Source: a virus (lineage: Duplodnaviria; Caudoviricetes). From it: a stretch of 64,000 bases of DNA. Positions 20,903 through 33,546 of this stretch are shown here, one piece after another. Position 1 is the stretch's first letter; each line of letters opens with the position of its first letter. The DNA lies in IMG/VR virus record IMGVR_UViG_3300029288_000002, positions 64,001-128,000 of that record, one strand, 5' to 3'. The notes beneath the pieces were generated by a model, which had not been told where the DNA came from, did not search any database, and saw only the letters and a list, made by a program, of their open reading frames with translations. The position numbers and the translations under genes were made by a program.

Positions 20903-22198
20903 TTGCATTCACCATTTTTATGTTGGTGTCCGTATGGCAGAAACGAATGGAATCTATATGATGACAAAATTATTATTGTTTATGTTGGCATAGATGAAGA
21001 TAGACCGTTATGGGTATATGAATGTTACTTTTGGGGAAGGTTCAAACACGGGACTCGAAATAGTAAAAAAGAAGCGCAGAAGAAGGTAATGGAAGAATAC
21101 GCCAGGTGTGAAGTTGTAGAAGTCGCATAAATGTGATATTTTAGTTGTAAATTCTCATGTTTAAACATGAGAATTTTGTTATAAAATTGCAATATTTTGC
21201 CTATTGTAATTTTGACAGAATGTAGTATAATGATTATATCTTGATAAGGAAAGGACATAAGCAATGAGAAACAATATTGTACTAACAACCTGGGCAAAGT
21301 CTTATCCTACTCGCTCAAAGAATCCTGAAAAGGATATTAAATACTATCATGTAGGCACAAGCAGTTTATGGGTAGTATGTGACAAAAGCGAAGTATTTGA
21401 AGACGATCCTGGTCGTGGTACACCTGCTATGGTGTATAGAGTTGACAGAAGCGGCGAAGTATTAGAAAGTGCAACTTTCTGGTGTGCTTTGGATAATGGA
21501 TTAGATGGTTATGAATTAACCAATGCCCAGGATCAGTGGTTATCAAGCATTCAAAACAAGGTCAATAAGTTTTTATATAGCGATTCGTCGTGGGGAGTGT
21601 GCAAATATGACTAACAGCAATGCTATGAACAAAATGTTATCTATGAATTGTCCGCAAGATTTAGAAAACGGGTTACTCGGATTTTATTTTGAACTTCATT
21701 GCACAGCAGTTTTTATTACTGCAAAAAAGATTAAAGAGTATAATCCTTTTTCTGGATTTGCAGAATATGAAATTGTTTCTTTTAAAGAAGTGGATGTGAG
21801 GAGTGAACAAGAATGACTAAAAAGAAACGTGTAAAACTACACGGCAACAAAAAGAAAGAACAACCCAAGTTTGATTGGGAGTTTAAGTATTTTGTTTCTG
21901 GTCTAACTGAAGAAAAAGCAGACTATCTATCCGAGATTTTCATGTATGGTATAGATATTGCGGGTGAAGGCGGTATTGGTTTTTATAGCAAGATTGAAGA
22001 TAAGGAGTAGAAATGGCTAAGAAAAATAAAAAGCAGAAGAAGCATTTGATGGAAGTTGATTTGCTCATTGAAAATTTGACTAATGAGCAGGCAGATCGGT
22101 TATTAGATATTATTTGTAATTATGCAGATTCACATGGCGCAGTTGTTGTTGGTCATATAGGTATTCACAAGAAGGATAAATGTGATGTCAAAGCATAG
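20903..22198 (+). other. Hypothetical CDS block (20903-21130, 21264-21614, 21607-21816, 21813-22010, 22013-22198)
   Basis: RBS-led ORFs; 21813 and 22013 are tandem paralogues (GLTEEKADYL / NLTNEQADRL). Confidence 0.7.
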
Positions 22199-22448
22199 TA
22201 AAGACCTCGAACACTGTAAAGATTATAAAGATTTTGAGCGGTTTATGTTAGATAACGGGTTTGAATATGACCATAGTACTGGGGGTCATAACTTTTATAA
22301 ACCTCCAAACTGCGGGAGAAGCATTCCGTTATCTGCTCATACCAAAGAGCCGTCCAAAGATTTATTAAATCGCTTAAAGAAGGAAATCTTAGCAGCAATG
22401 GGATTACTCACTATAGTTGTTGTTCTTTTGATTATGTTTATTCATTGA
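22185..22448 (+). CDS. hicA: HicA-like protein with C-terminal transmembrane helix
   Basis: L..NGF....TGGH..Y....IPL..H motif of HicA; hydrophobic tail. Confidence 0.65.
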   Translation: MSKHSKDLEHCKDYKDFERFMLDNGFEYDHSTGGHNFYKPPNCGRSIPLSAHTKEPSKDLLNRLKKEILAAMGLLTIVVVLLIMFIH

Positions 22449-22484
22449 TAAATTTTGGGATTTTATAATTGAAAAGGAGTAAAA

Positions 22485-22718
22485 ATGACAGAGACATTAT
22501 TATCGCCAGAAAAGAAATGGTTTAAATTTACTAATAGGTTTGAAGATACTTATGGCTTAGTTTATGCCACAGACGAAAATGATGTGATGCTACAAGTGTG
22601 TGGGTATTTATCTGAGTTAAAAGAGTCTGATGATAACTACCTCATGTTTTTAGTTGAAGTGATTGCTAATATAGAAGATGCCAAAGCCAATTGGCATTAT
22701 AAGTATGTAATCGAATAA
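22485..22718 (+). CDS. Hypothetical protein
   Basis: RBS AAGGAG. Confidence 0.7.
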   Translation: MTETLLSPEKKWFKFTNRFEDTYGLVYATDENDVMLQVCGYLSELKESDDNYLMFLVEVIANIEDAKANWHYKYVIE

Positions 22719-22755
22719 AGGAGATTTGAAATGATTATTATTAACGTTGATATGG

Positions 22756-22872
22756 ATAATCCTGAGCATCATTACAAGTTTTTGCGCCAGGCTCTACGGA
22801 CAAAGAAGAAGTAAGCGAAAAACAGAGAAGATCATAGCCGAATTGGAGCTAATCGAAGGAGAGGAAAGCTGA
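22756..22872 (+). pseudogene. tnpA: C-terminal remnant of IS607-family serine recombinase TnpA
   Basis: Translates IILSIITSFCARLYGQRRSKRKTEKIIAEL...; its stop overlaps the tnpB start (TGATG). Confidence 0.8.
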
Positions 22873-24101
22873 TGCAACTGGTAGAGCAGCACGTAATCCG
22901 CAAGGGTGACAACCGATATGCAGAGATTGACCGTGCCTGCTTTGCATCGAAGAACCTCTACAATCTGGCAACATACACTGTTCGACAGGCTTTCATCGCG
23001 GATGAAAGCAATTACCTGAATTGGTACGCAGTGGATAAGATACTGCAATCGTCGGAAGCCTATCAGACTTTACCGGCAAAAGTATCTCAGCAAGTTCTCA
23101 AACAAGTGCATGAGACCTGGATAGGCTTCTTTGCCGCAATCAAGGTTTGGAAAGCCAATCCGGGTGCATTTCTTGGCCGGCCACGCATGCCTGGGTATAA
23201 AGACAAGCAGTCGGGTCGGAATATGCTGATCTATACTGACCAGGCATTCAGCAAGAAAAGCCTGAGAGAGGGGATCATCAAGCCCTCAAGGCTGAATATA
23301 GAGGTGAAAACAAGACAAACGCGGATTAATCAGGTCAGGATCATTCCGCGCAATAGGTTCTATGTGGTTGAGGTAGTGTACACGCGAGAACCGATACAGG
23401 CCGAATTGGATGCAGGGCTTGTGGCTGGGATAGACATTGGATTGAACAATTTAGCCACTCTAACATCAAACAAACCTGGGTTTCGACCAGTGATTGTTAA
23501 CGGGAGGCCGCTGAAGTCGCTCAATCAATTCTACAACAAGCGCAAAGCGGAACTGCAATCCAGACTAGCGAATGGTCAGCACACCTCAGAGCAAATCATC
23601 AGGCTTTCTATCAAGCGCAATTGGAGAATACGGCACTACCTGCATACTACCAGCCGTAGGTTCGTTGAACTTTTGGTAAAAGAACGGATTGCCACACTGA
23701 TTGTAGGAAAAAACAGCGCATGGAAACAGGAGATCAACCTGGGTACGAGAACCAATCAGAACTTCGTTTCTATTCCTCATGCGCAACTGATCGAGATGCT
23801 GCGATATAAGTGCCAGCTTGTTGGGATTGAAGTCATTATCCATGAAGAGAGCTACACCTCAAAGTGTTCTTTCCTGGATATGGAACCAATCGAAAAGCAT
23901 GAGACCTACCAGGGCAAGCGCATCAGTCGGGGCATGTTCCGTTCTGCTACAGGTGAAAAGATCAACGCCGACGTAAACGCCGCATACAATATCATCCGAA
24001 AAGTAATCCCCAATGCTTTTGCTGAGGGGATAGTGGGGCTTGTAGTTGCCCCTGTCAGATTTACTCTGCAAACCAAGATTGCCTCATTTTGTGGCAGTTA
24101 A
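22872..24101 (+). CDS. tnpB: RNA-guided endonuclease TnpB
   Basis: SKNLYN N-terminus; RuvC motifs GIDIG, EESYTSKC, NADVNAAYNI all intact. Confidence 0.95.
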   Translation: MQLVEQHVIRKGDNRYAEIDRACFASKNLYNLATYTVRQAFIADESNYLNWYAVDKILQSSEAYQTLPAKVSQQVLKQVHETWIGFFAAIKVWKANPGAFLGRPRMPGYKDKQSGRNMLIYTDQAFSKKSLREGIIKPSRLNIEVKTRQTRINQVRIIPRNRFYVVEVVYTREPIQAELDAGLVAGIDIGLNNLATLTSNKPGFRPVIVNGRPLKSLNQFYNKRKAELQSRLANGQHTSEQIIRLSIKRNWRIRHYLHTTSRRFVELLVKERIATLIVGKNSAWKQEINLGTRTNQNFVSIPHAQLIEMLRYKCQLVGIEVIIHEESYTSKCSFLDMEPIEKHETYQGKRISRGMFRSATGEKINADVNAAYNIIRKVIPNAFAEGIVGLVVAPVRFTLQTKIASFCGS

Positions 24102-24142
24102 GGAAACTATAATATTATTATACAATTGAAAAGGAGATTGAT

Positions 24143-27100
24143 ATGAGCAAACCCGTTTTGAATCATTATTGGTTCAGTAAAAAACAATTGGTATTAGCGC
24201 GAGAAATAATAAGAGAAATAGACTATAAGGACACATATTGTAATATTAATGGTGATGTTTTACAATATACAGAATGCACTTCTTCGAGCCATCCTCTTGG
24301 CACATGGGATGATTATAAATATCTAGGTATTGGCGTATTCGATCACGCAGAATAGGAAAACAGTATGCAACCCGTAATTATGTATTTGTCGGAAGAGTCT
24401 ACATTTGGAAAGAATACTGACCGTTTTCTTGGTATTCACTTTCCCAAAGACGCAGACGTGAAAGGTGTAGTCGAAAAGGTTCTTTCAACTACTAATGGTG
24501 TAAAATCCTTTTATGATTATAAGGATGACTTTTTGCAAAATTTTTTAGTATGTTATATGAAAGGTGCTGTACCAAAAGATGTGAATGCTGCCGTTCGAGA
24601 GTCTATCGAAGCAGCTTTTTAAAAAAGGAGATTGATATGTATAAAATTCAGTATAGCGAAGACGGGATTGTGCGTTGTAATGTAGTAGAGCCTACTAATA
24701 AAAAGCCCTTGTTATTCGATACTAAAGAAGAGGCTAAAGCATGGATTGAAGATTCAATGATCTGTGCGTTATACGAATATTGGTATTATGTACCCGTTGA
24801 ATAGAGAGGAATAAAGATATGACTGCAAACAAGACTTGTGAATATTTGATTGAAGAAGTGTCAAACAATAATGTGCTACAGGGGTTTTATGTGTATCTTG
24901 ATTTTATTGCCGCGAAATACTTTTACGATACTATGAAAGATTGTAGTGAAGAATATTTTTTGTGGACAACCATGATTCATATAGGCTGTGTGTTTGTAAA
25001 GTGTGACCCTCGATATGGAAAAAAGGCGATGAAACTAAAGCTGAAGGATAGAATTATCAATGCTATTGGTGAAGATAAAAAGCGCAAAGAAGCGTTAGAA
25101 GAAGTTGAAAACGAAGAGACAAACGAGAATAGTTGTGCTGATTATGAATAAAGTTAGAAACAACTTTTTTCTAACGAAGAAGCCTAAAACCCAGAGGACT
25201 CTATTGAGGAGGTGTAAATATGACTAACAAAGCATATTTTGAAGTAGTAGAATTAATGGATAACTGGTCGCATGACCCTTGTTGGGATATTGAAAATACC
25301 AAAGGGTTTGAAGAGTGGAAACCTCAATTGTTAGAATATCGGCTGACAAAAGAAAAAGAATGGAGCGACGAGTATGATAAGAGAATTTCTAATACTGCGG
25401 TTGAACTGGATTGCAGTTATGCTTTAGCAAAATATATTTTGTTACTACGCAAACATATTACTGATCTCGAAGAAAAGATTGACAAAATTGAATATGGAGG
25501 GGCATAGATGAGCAAGCAAGAAGTTATACAATTTCTAAAAATCATATGGGGGTTTATTGTAATTGTGTTGGTTATTTCTGGATTAGCTTTTGGAATATTT
25601 TGGGCGGTAGATGACCTAATTAATTATTCAAGTTACAATTCCCCTGACGGGTATTATTACATTCGTGATATGGGGGTATATAATGCCTCTATATGGAATT
25701 GTGATGTTGTTAGATTAGATAATTTAATTCTGAAGATGTTTGTTGTATGCACCGATAAACAAGGTAACACAGATGTAGGCTATACTCAATTTTTCAAATT
25801 ATATAAACCAAACGGAGACTCAAAATGAGACTGGATAAATCTGATTTCTATTGGGAACAAACACCTTTTTGTAATTGGTTATATACAAACAATAAAGATG
25901 TAGTGGGGGCTTTATATCATCATCACAATAATATGTGGGAATGGGAAATATATTGTTATTTAGATGGTTTTGACCAGCAAAGGATTATTGCAAGTGGATC
26001 AGGTAATAGTTTGCCGTTTAATGTAGCAAAAGAGACTGCCGAATATTTATTGTATCAATACGGAGTAATTTATTAATGTATCTAAAAATTTATTTAGAAG
26101 AAGAGTTATATAACAATAAAGAGTTCTTTGAAATTCTAATGAGCTATCCCCAGGTTTGTGAAAAAGGAACTGTTATCAAAAAGGGATTTTGTAATATCGC
26201 ATTCTTTTTTCAGGACGGTGTAGCAAAGAGAGACGTTACTGAAATATTAGAACAAATTATATCAGAGATTACTACTGCGCTCAAATTATATCCTGATAAT
26301 ATGTGTCCTAATTGTAGTAACAGAGTCACTTGGGATTATCCTTATATTTATTGGAGGTTTTCAGACAGTGGGAATTATCTAAAGGGATTTTGCTTTGAAT
26401 GTGGTAGTGATTATTTGTATAATGCAAGAAATTTAAAGGGATAGAATCATGAAAACATATATTGTATATATTAGTTATCGTGAAAATCATAATAATTGGG
26501 ACGAAACATATATTGTTATAGCCAATTCAGAAGAAGAGTGCTTTGATATTTTAAAAGAAGACGGAGTCAATCTTACAGGCGACTGCGATTATACAAGGGA
26601 AGTCTTTCCTGGAAAAGCGATAAAAATACATGATAGCTGGGATGGCTTTTGTCAGTAAACGGTTGATTTTAGTAACGAAATTGCAACCAAAAGTACTTGC
26701 ATGAGGGTTATGATTGTGGTAGAACAATAATCAGTAAGGTAAACGCTTTACAATATTTTGAAAAGGAGATTTGGGATGAAAGTTATTCTTGGTTGTTTGG
26801 GTTTAACGGCAGTAGCTCTAATTGTTTCCGCAGCAGAAGGCTGGATTGTAATGGTATTGTGGAATTGGATTATGCCTTATTTATTTAAATTACCAGAAAT
26901 AAATTTTTGGATGGCTTTGGGTTTGTTGTTTTTGGTTTCAATGTTGTTTGGTGCTTTGCGCGGAAATAATTCTTCTAACTCAAAATAATCTGTTTGTAAA
27001 ACTCGCTTGAAATATAGCGAGTTTTGTTATTATACTGTAACTTTATTACTCTTGCATGTTTAAAACAATATGGTATAATACTACTAAGATTAGAAATAAG

Positions 27101-28963
27101 GAGATATAGAAACTGGAAATTTCTCGTGGACAGTTATTTGAATGGCATTGCACTATAATGTCTTTAAAAGGGTTATCTTTTATGTCAGATTACTCTAATG
27201 ACATTCTTCCATCTACGGCAGAGTATGTGCTAAAATCGTTAGAAGAAATGTATGACGAAATTGAAAATGTTTCAGATGAAATGATTGTGTTATTGAAAGA
27301 AGATAAAGCAAAATAATTATTGCATAAAAACTTAGTTCGATAAACAAAAAAAAGGAGAATTATAATGCTTGATAGTGAGATGAAAGGCTCTATTCTAATA
27401 AATTCATACCTTGTGTTTGAATGTGATAACAAGTACGAATTAGTATTACAATTTAGGAAGAACAAGTTTTTATCCTTCTTTGGTTACTTTTGGGAAAATA
27501 GTATTCGTGGTATTTCTATGACTAAAGATGAGTGTAACACCTTCGCAAATACTATTAAAGAATTTGAAGGACAAAAAATAACAATGGTTATTAATAATAA
27601 CAGACAAAATGTTTGTTTTCTTTTTTCTAATGGGAAAACAATCACTTTAAATTCTAACTGACTCCCCTGCCCTACTGAATAACAACAAGTTTAAATTTCA
27701 GCAGAATCGTCTACTATTCTCACATACATATGCGAATAGATAAACTTAGTCTTATTTAAAGGAAACCTCATGACATTTTTTGACAATTATATAATAATCT
27801 TTTGGTCTAAAATATCCAAAGAAAAGGAGTTACCGGAATATATTGGCGAATATAATGGAGTTGTTGTTGGCAATGTATTTTTACAGTCTATAGAAAAGAC
27901 TAAAGTCAACAAGAAGATTCAGGCGAAGGAAAATTGGGTATGGGTATATCATTCGCCTAATAGTATGTATTCTTTGTCTAAAGGCTTCCTGTGTGTCTAC
28001 AGAGGCATTAAAGATAAGTATATTGATACCTCTATACAAGCAAAAAATATCGTTCAAAGCATGTTAGAACGAGAATTGGGTACTAAAAAGGCTTGACAAA
28101 CAAGAATAGTATGGTAGAATAGACTTACATTCGCCAAATAAAGGAGTAAAATGACTACGTTTTTGTATTTTCCAGACGAAGAAAGCAATACTGTTACAGT
28201 AGAAAGTAACGATTTCTTAGAAGACCAAAACCTACCACATTTCATACAATATGTTGAAGGCGGAGATGTTATAATCATGTCTTCAAAACCTCCAACAGAA
28301 GGAGATGTTGAAACCTTATTTGATATAATTCGTTCTTTTATAAATGTCATTAAACGAGAAGCCAATAAACAACCACATCAGAAAAGCAAATATTTACAAT
28401 AAAAGCGAAAGGAATAATCATGAACTACAAAGATAATTTATTTAGAATAGACTGGTTGTTTCTTGCTTTTTATATCGGGCGAATCTGCGAGTTTAGGGTT
28501 TTCAACTCCTGTTATAGTTGTAGAAGCAATTTGCTTTACTGTATCAATATTGCTATTTGTTTTAGTTAATTATTTTATTTTTAAGGAGAATTAAATGACC
28601 GGTAATACTATTGGAACTATGGAAGTATTGTGGACAAGTTTAGATGATGGCGGGCGTTGGATTGATTATTTTAAGTTTTCAGAAGAAATTGGTGAAAAGT
28701 TAGTAGGAAGTTTACCAAAGACAGAAGAGGAAGAACGGTATGACTCTACAATTTCGTCTTTGAATACGTGTACTCCTCGCTGGCTATTGGATGAACCTCC
28801 TGTTATTGATAATAGGGAATGGGATATTGTAAAGCGAGTTGAAGTTGTAGAAGAGCATATCGAAGATAAAATTTCATTGCCTGATTTTGTACAATTGTGC
28901 TATGAAGATGGAATTAGCGATACTGTAGAAATTATAGAAAAGTATAAAGGATTCTTCGGGTAA
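24143..28963 (+). other. Block of ~15 small hypothetical CDS (24143, 24365, 24637, 24819, 25220, 25508, 25825, 26076, 26449, 26776, 27365, 27770, 28151, 28595)
   Basis: RBS-led, contiguous + strand ORFs; 25508 and 26776 are membrane proteins; 26076 has a Zn ribbon. Confidence 0.7.
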
Positions 28964-28969
28964 AATAAA

Positions 28970-29686
28970 ATGAAAACTGAAAATAAAACAGACTGGATTG
29001 CTACTATGATTACATTTTTTGTAGTTGTAGTTGCTATACCTCGATGGGTGGGCGCGTTGATGGCTGCAGAAGGGTTTATTATTCCTACAAATTGGATGGG
29101 TTGGTGGATTCCAATGTCAGCGATTATGGCAGCAGGAATGGCTGTAGTTGAAGCAGCAAGTTTCGGCTATGTTTTTCACGCATGGAAAACACAAAAGGAT
29201 AAAAAGATTGCTCGAAATTTGCTAATTCTAACTATTTTCTCAGCATTGGTTTTTATTTTAGTCATTACACCATATATTGCGTCACAAGTTAAGCATACAA
29301 CAATAGATATAGTTTTACAAAATGACTTTTTTGTATTTGCCTGGGCAGCTTGTACTTCCGCAAGTACTATTACAATTGTGGCAAGCGTAGGATATGCACA
29401 ACGACCAGTGTCAAACATTGTAATGCAACCTGTAAAACCTTCTACACAAGCGGCAGCACCAGTAGATCAAACAGTTGCACCAGTGGTTGAAGCGATTGTA
29501 CAGCCAAAGAAAATTAAGCCTCCTCGTACAAACCCAACCAAAACGATGGTGTGCGAGTTATTTACAGCAAATACAAGCCTCAGTACAGCTAATTGCGCAA
29601 AACAATTAGGAAAAACAGTAGAAATCGTAAGACAATATCGGAACGAATTGATCGCAGAAGGAAAATTGCCTAAAAAGCAAGGTTAG
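28970..29686 (+). CDS. Multi-pass membrane protein with C-terminal HTH
   Basis: Four hydrophobic helices, P/A/V-rich linker, STANCAKQLGKTVEIVRQYRNEL HTH. Confidence 0.75.
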   Translation: MKTENKTDWIATMITFFVVVVAIPRWVGALMAAEGFIIPTNWMGWWIPMSAIMAAGMAVVEAASFGYVFHAWKTQKDKKIARNLLILTIFSALVFILVITPYIASQVKHTTIDIVLQNDFFVFAWAACTSASTITIVASVGYAQRPVSNIVMQPVKPSTQAAAPVDQTVAPVVEAIVQPKKIKPPRTNPTKTMVCELFTANTSLSTANCAKQLGKTVEIVRQYRNELIAEGKLPKKQG

Positions 29687-29898
29687 TACTTGACAAATAT
29701 CTCTTATTGATGTAAAATAAAAGCATCAGTAAGAGATATTTTAGTAAAGGAGTTTTTCTTTATTGACAAGTGCCATTTTGATTTTGCAAGGGGCAAAACT
29801 TTAAGAGAAGCAAATGCAGTAATAGAAGAGCGACGTAGAACTATTTATAATCTGTAAATTTTATTGTAAAGAATGCGATAAAGGAGAGTTATAAGACT

Positions 29899-30360
29899 AT
29901 GAAAAAATTAGAAGAAAGTGAGATTTTAATGTTTGAAAACTTAAAACAATGTTCTATGAATTTATTTGGACATATTAGTTATCAAACATTGGCGTTTTGT
30001 AATATGGAAATATTTTTTGGGAATGTTGATAGTGAATGGTATAAATCCGAAGAATATGTGGCACGCAGATACATGCGATGGCAAAGTAATATTAGTCCCA
30101 AAGATAAATTTATCAATCGTTTTTTAGATTATACGTTCTTGCACGAAAATGATCTGCAATGGAAGGATTGCATTGAAATGAGTAAAAAATATCGCAAGGA
30201 GCTACTTGAATACAGAGAAAAATCAAAAAAAGAGATTAGGGTTATAACCTTTGAAGAATTAGAAAAAGACGAAATTCTCAAGGAGATAGTTGAAAATAAT
30301 CCTTATTATGATAAAACTGAAAAGGGATATATTCAAAATGACAAATTTCACAGACAGTAG
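29899..30360 (+). CDS. Hypothetical protein, paralogue of 33100
   Basis: YMRWQSN..HENDLQWKDC vs YLVWQSN..HDNDLTWNQC. Confidence 0.75.
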   Translation: MKKLEESEILMFENLKQCSMNLFGHISYQTLAFCNMEIFFGNVDSEWYKSEEYVARRYMRWQSNISPKDKFINRFLDYTFLHENDLQWKDCIEMSKKYRKELLEYREKSKKEIRVITFEELEKDEILKEIVENNPYYDKTEKGYIQNDKFHRQ

Positions 30361-30542
30361 AACTATAATACAAAAGTATATCAAATCAATCTTTCCTCAA
30401 AAATGTTAGAGCCATTATATGCTGGGAATTATCGTTATTAGGTTGCAGTAATTGTTATATATTATGGGCGTTTTACAATTATCTTGCAACTTGACATTAT
30501 CCAATAAATGATTGTATAATATTAACAAAGGAGAAAGCCACA

Positions 30543-33047
30543 ATGTTTAATTTTCGAGATAAGGTTAGAGTTGTTGTCCCGTTAGAACCCTGGACTTTAG
30601 AAAGATTTGGTAATCAATATATGATTGAAGAGCGAACTAAAATTGGCTACATCATAGGGATTCAATATTTACCAAAAAATACTTCTTCGTTTAATAGCCT
30701 TGAAGATTTTGTTTTTGACAAAGACCAACCGGTTAATTACTTAGTTATATCTACAGACTCTTGTAGTTGGTTTAACGAAGATCAATTGGAAAAAGCAGAA
30801 AATGAAAATTAATATTTTAGCAACAAAAGGAAATAACTATGAAAACTTTTAAAGTGACAGATAATCATTGGAGAATGAGGTATAGTTGGGAAGAAATTTA
30901 TATATTGCAAGCAGAAACAAAAGAAGACTGTTTGCAAATTGCAATGGGTAATGGTTTGTGGGATGAAATCCTCGTTGAAGAAATTGACATTTCAAAGCCG
31001 TATTTAGTAGTAGACACAAGCGATTAAAGGGGAAGTATGGCAACAAAACCAGAACCTAATTCTATATTATATCAGGTTTGTTTTCCACAAACCATATTGT
31101 TGTTAAATTCAAAGTTTGAAGATGACACCAGGCGCGATATTGCAGTAAAAGAATATGGCACAGCATTAGAACTCATGGAGAAATATGACGCGGCTTTTAT
31201 TGCGGAAGTGATTGTATTTGATAACGGCAAAATGTATATAGATTGTATTTATCCAAAGGATGACGACATGGTTACTTTGGGCATTGATGCAATTGAGGCT
31301 ATTTGGGAACAAAAAACTCCTGTAGAAATGGACATTGTTGTATACGATAGTCTTAATGAGTTAATTTGGTAAACCTTATGAAAACAAATATACCACTGAG
31401 GGAATTATATAACCTAATGAACGAATTAGAATATCTCTTAAAGACACTACAAGCCCTTCCAATCAATGCTACATTGACAACAGAGCAATTATGCTTGTGG
31501 CAATATAAAGGGCTTTCTGAGGATTTACAATGGCATAGTTTTCTGTGTCCACATCACCCTATTACTAATCGGCGTGAAACAGTAAAAATTCCAACAAAGA
31601 AGGAAAACTGCAATGGGTAAAAATTTACAAGCTCCCTGGTTTACACTTGAAGAATTGATTAATAATTATCCTCCCGATTATGGAGTATCTATTGTTTTAG
31701 CCATAGAAATGTTGGTATCGCAGGGCATAGTTGAAGAGCAAAACGGATTCTATAGAGTGAAAGTCACAGAAGAAGAAATGCTACGACTAATGGGGTATTC
31801 GTTTATAGGAAATCCAAACTAAAACTGCCACTTGACAAGCAAAAGAAACTGTGCTAAAATTATACTATAAGAAACAAAGGAGAGTAATATGTGGAAAGTT
31901 CAATGTAAGCACAATTGCGAACAATTCTCCACACCCAATTGCAAAAATGAAAGGGCTGACGAATGGTGTGACTTGGATAATGAGTATTCATCGCAAGAAG
32001 AAGCACAATTGTTTGTTGATACAAATGAAACAGCAGTGCATTTTAAAAACGAAGGAACTGTTTTGTTCCGTATTGTTCCAGTATAAGAAGGAGACTAAAA
32101 TGACCACAGAAAACGAAATGACTTTCACTTTGGAAAACGGTGATACTGTAAAACTTAGTTATAATAACTTAATTGATCAGTGGGTAGTTATGCTTACAAC
32201 TACACCAATGAAAATTAGAGTCGCTCAGTATATGGGTACTAACTATGAAGATGCGTATGCTACATTTGTAGAATTAACAAGTAATAAAAAGGATACCAAA
32301 TAAAATGGCGAGATTCAATGCTCTTTTAACAGATGATATGGTGTACCGGCGGTTCGTTGATCCAAAAGACGATCCTCGTCCATATATTACTTGTGACATT
32401 GAAAAGTTGGCTTATGACATTAGAAATATTGAAGCGCACGATATAACTTTTGAACAAGCAATGAGCTATGCGAAGGGGATAGTTAACTATGCAAAAACTC
32501 TTAGAAAGGCGAAAGAATGAAAAACGATAAACAGAAACTGTGGGCTTTTTGGTATAGCCCGTCACATCACGATGCTTGTGTACAACTTGGTGTTTTTCTT
32601 TCTTTTGCTAATATTCGGGGTGTAATTCAAGAATATAGTATTTTGGATTGCCCTCATAACCCAAACTTAGAATATACACAACGAGTTAGTAATGGCGATG
32701 CTGTATATTTGGGGATTGGTGTGATTGATCAGTATGAAGATTTGTAAATAAAAGTCAATTTAATTACACAAAAGGAGTAATATATGAAAACGTCCAATCG
32801 TGCTGTATTAGTTCCTGCCGCTTTTTTGGCTGCAAGCATTAGCGAACCAGTTTTGCCAAGCGATGTGATAAAATATATTCAAAAGCATTATTATGACTCT
32901 ATTGACACATCGAGTATAAGCATTGAAGATACGTCTTCCGTATTAGAAACAATGTGGCAGTGTCATTTACTTGAACGAACACCACAAAACAAATATTATT
33001 CCAAGAATAATCCTTTTCTTAATCAAGACGGGGAATGGATAGAGTAA
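30543..33047 (+). other. Block of ~10 small hypothetical CDS (30543, 30839, 31037, 31378, 31613, 31889, 32100, 32305, 32517, 32784)
   Basis: RBS-led contiguous ORFs. Confidence 0.7.
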
Positions 33048-33099
33048 TTGACATTGCTGATGAGATATTAAATTATCAAAGTCATCTAAAGGAGAGATT

Positions 33100-33546
33100 G
33101 TGCAATATCTAATAGAAAAAGCAGACATAGATTATCTTGAAAAGATAGAAACATTGGCTAAACAATACTTCGAGGTTGTTACTTTTCAAACAATGAAGTT
33201 TTTTATGATTGAAATGTATGCAGCAATTCCAAATTCACAAGAATATAAGCAGTGGAACGAAGTTGTTTCAGAATATTTAGTTTGGCAAAGTAACCATATG
33301 CCATTTGACTTATTACTGCTTGTTCGAGGATACCAGCATTCTCATGATAACGATTTAACTTGGAATCAGTGTGAAAAAGTATGTTTAGAATATCATTCGT
33401 TATATGAAGAAAAAAAAGAATGTGCAGATTACATAATGTCACAAGAAGACTTTGATAAATTGTTTTCAGAGCCAGAGGTTAGTCAAGAAAGGCTAAATGA
33501 AATAACAAACATTCTTAAGGAATTTGGTGTATCAAATGCCGAATAA
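33100..33546 (+). CDS. Acidic hypothetical protein, partner of downstream nuclease
   Basis: RBS AAGGAG, GTG start; overlaps 33536. Confidence 0.75.
   Translation: MQYLIEKADIDYLEKIETLAKQYFEVVTFQTMKFFMIEMYAAIPNSQEYKQWNEVVSEYLVWQSNHMPFDLLLLVRGYQHSHDNDLTWNQCEKVCLEYHSLYEEKKECADYIMSQEDFDKLFSEPEVSQERLNEITNILKEFGVSNAE

Larger units (their letters stand above)
22756..24112 (+). mobile_element. Left-truncated IS607-family element
   Basis: Sharp rise in GC relative to flanks; tnpA remnant + tnpB; right boundary approximate. Confidence 0.75.
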
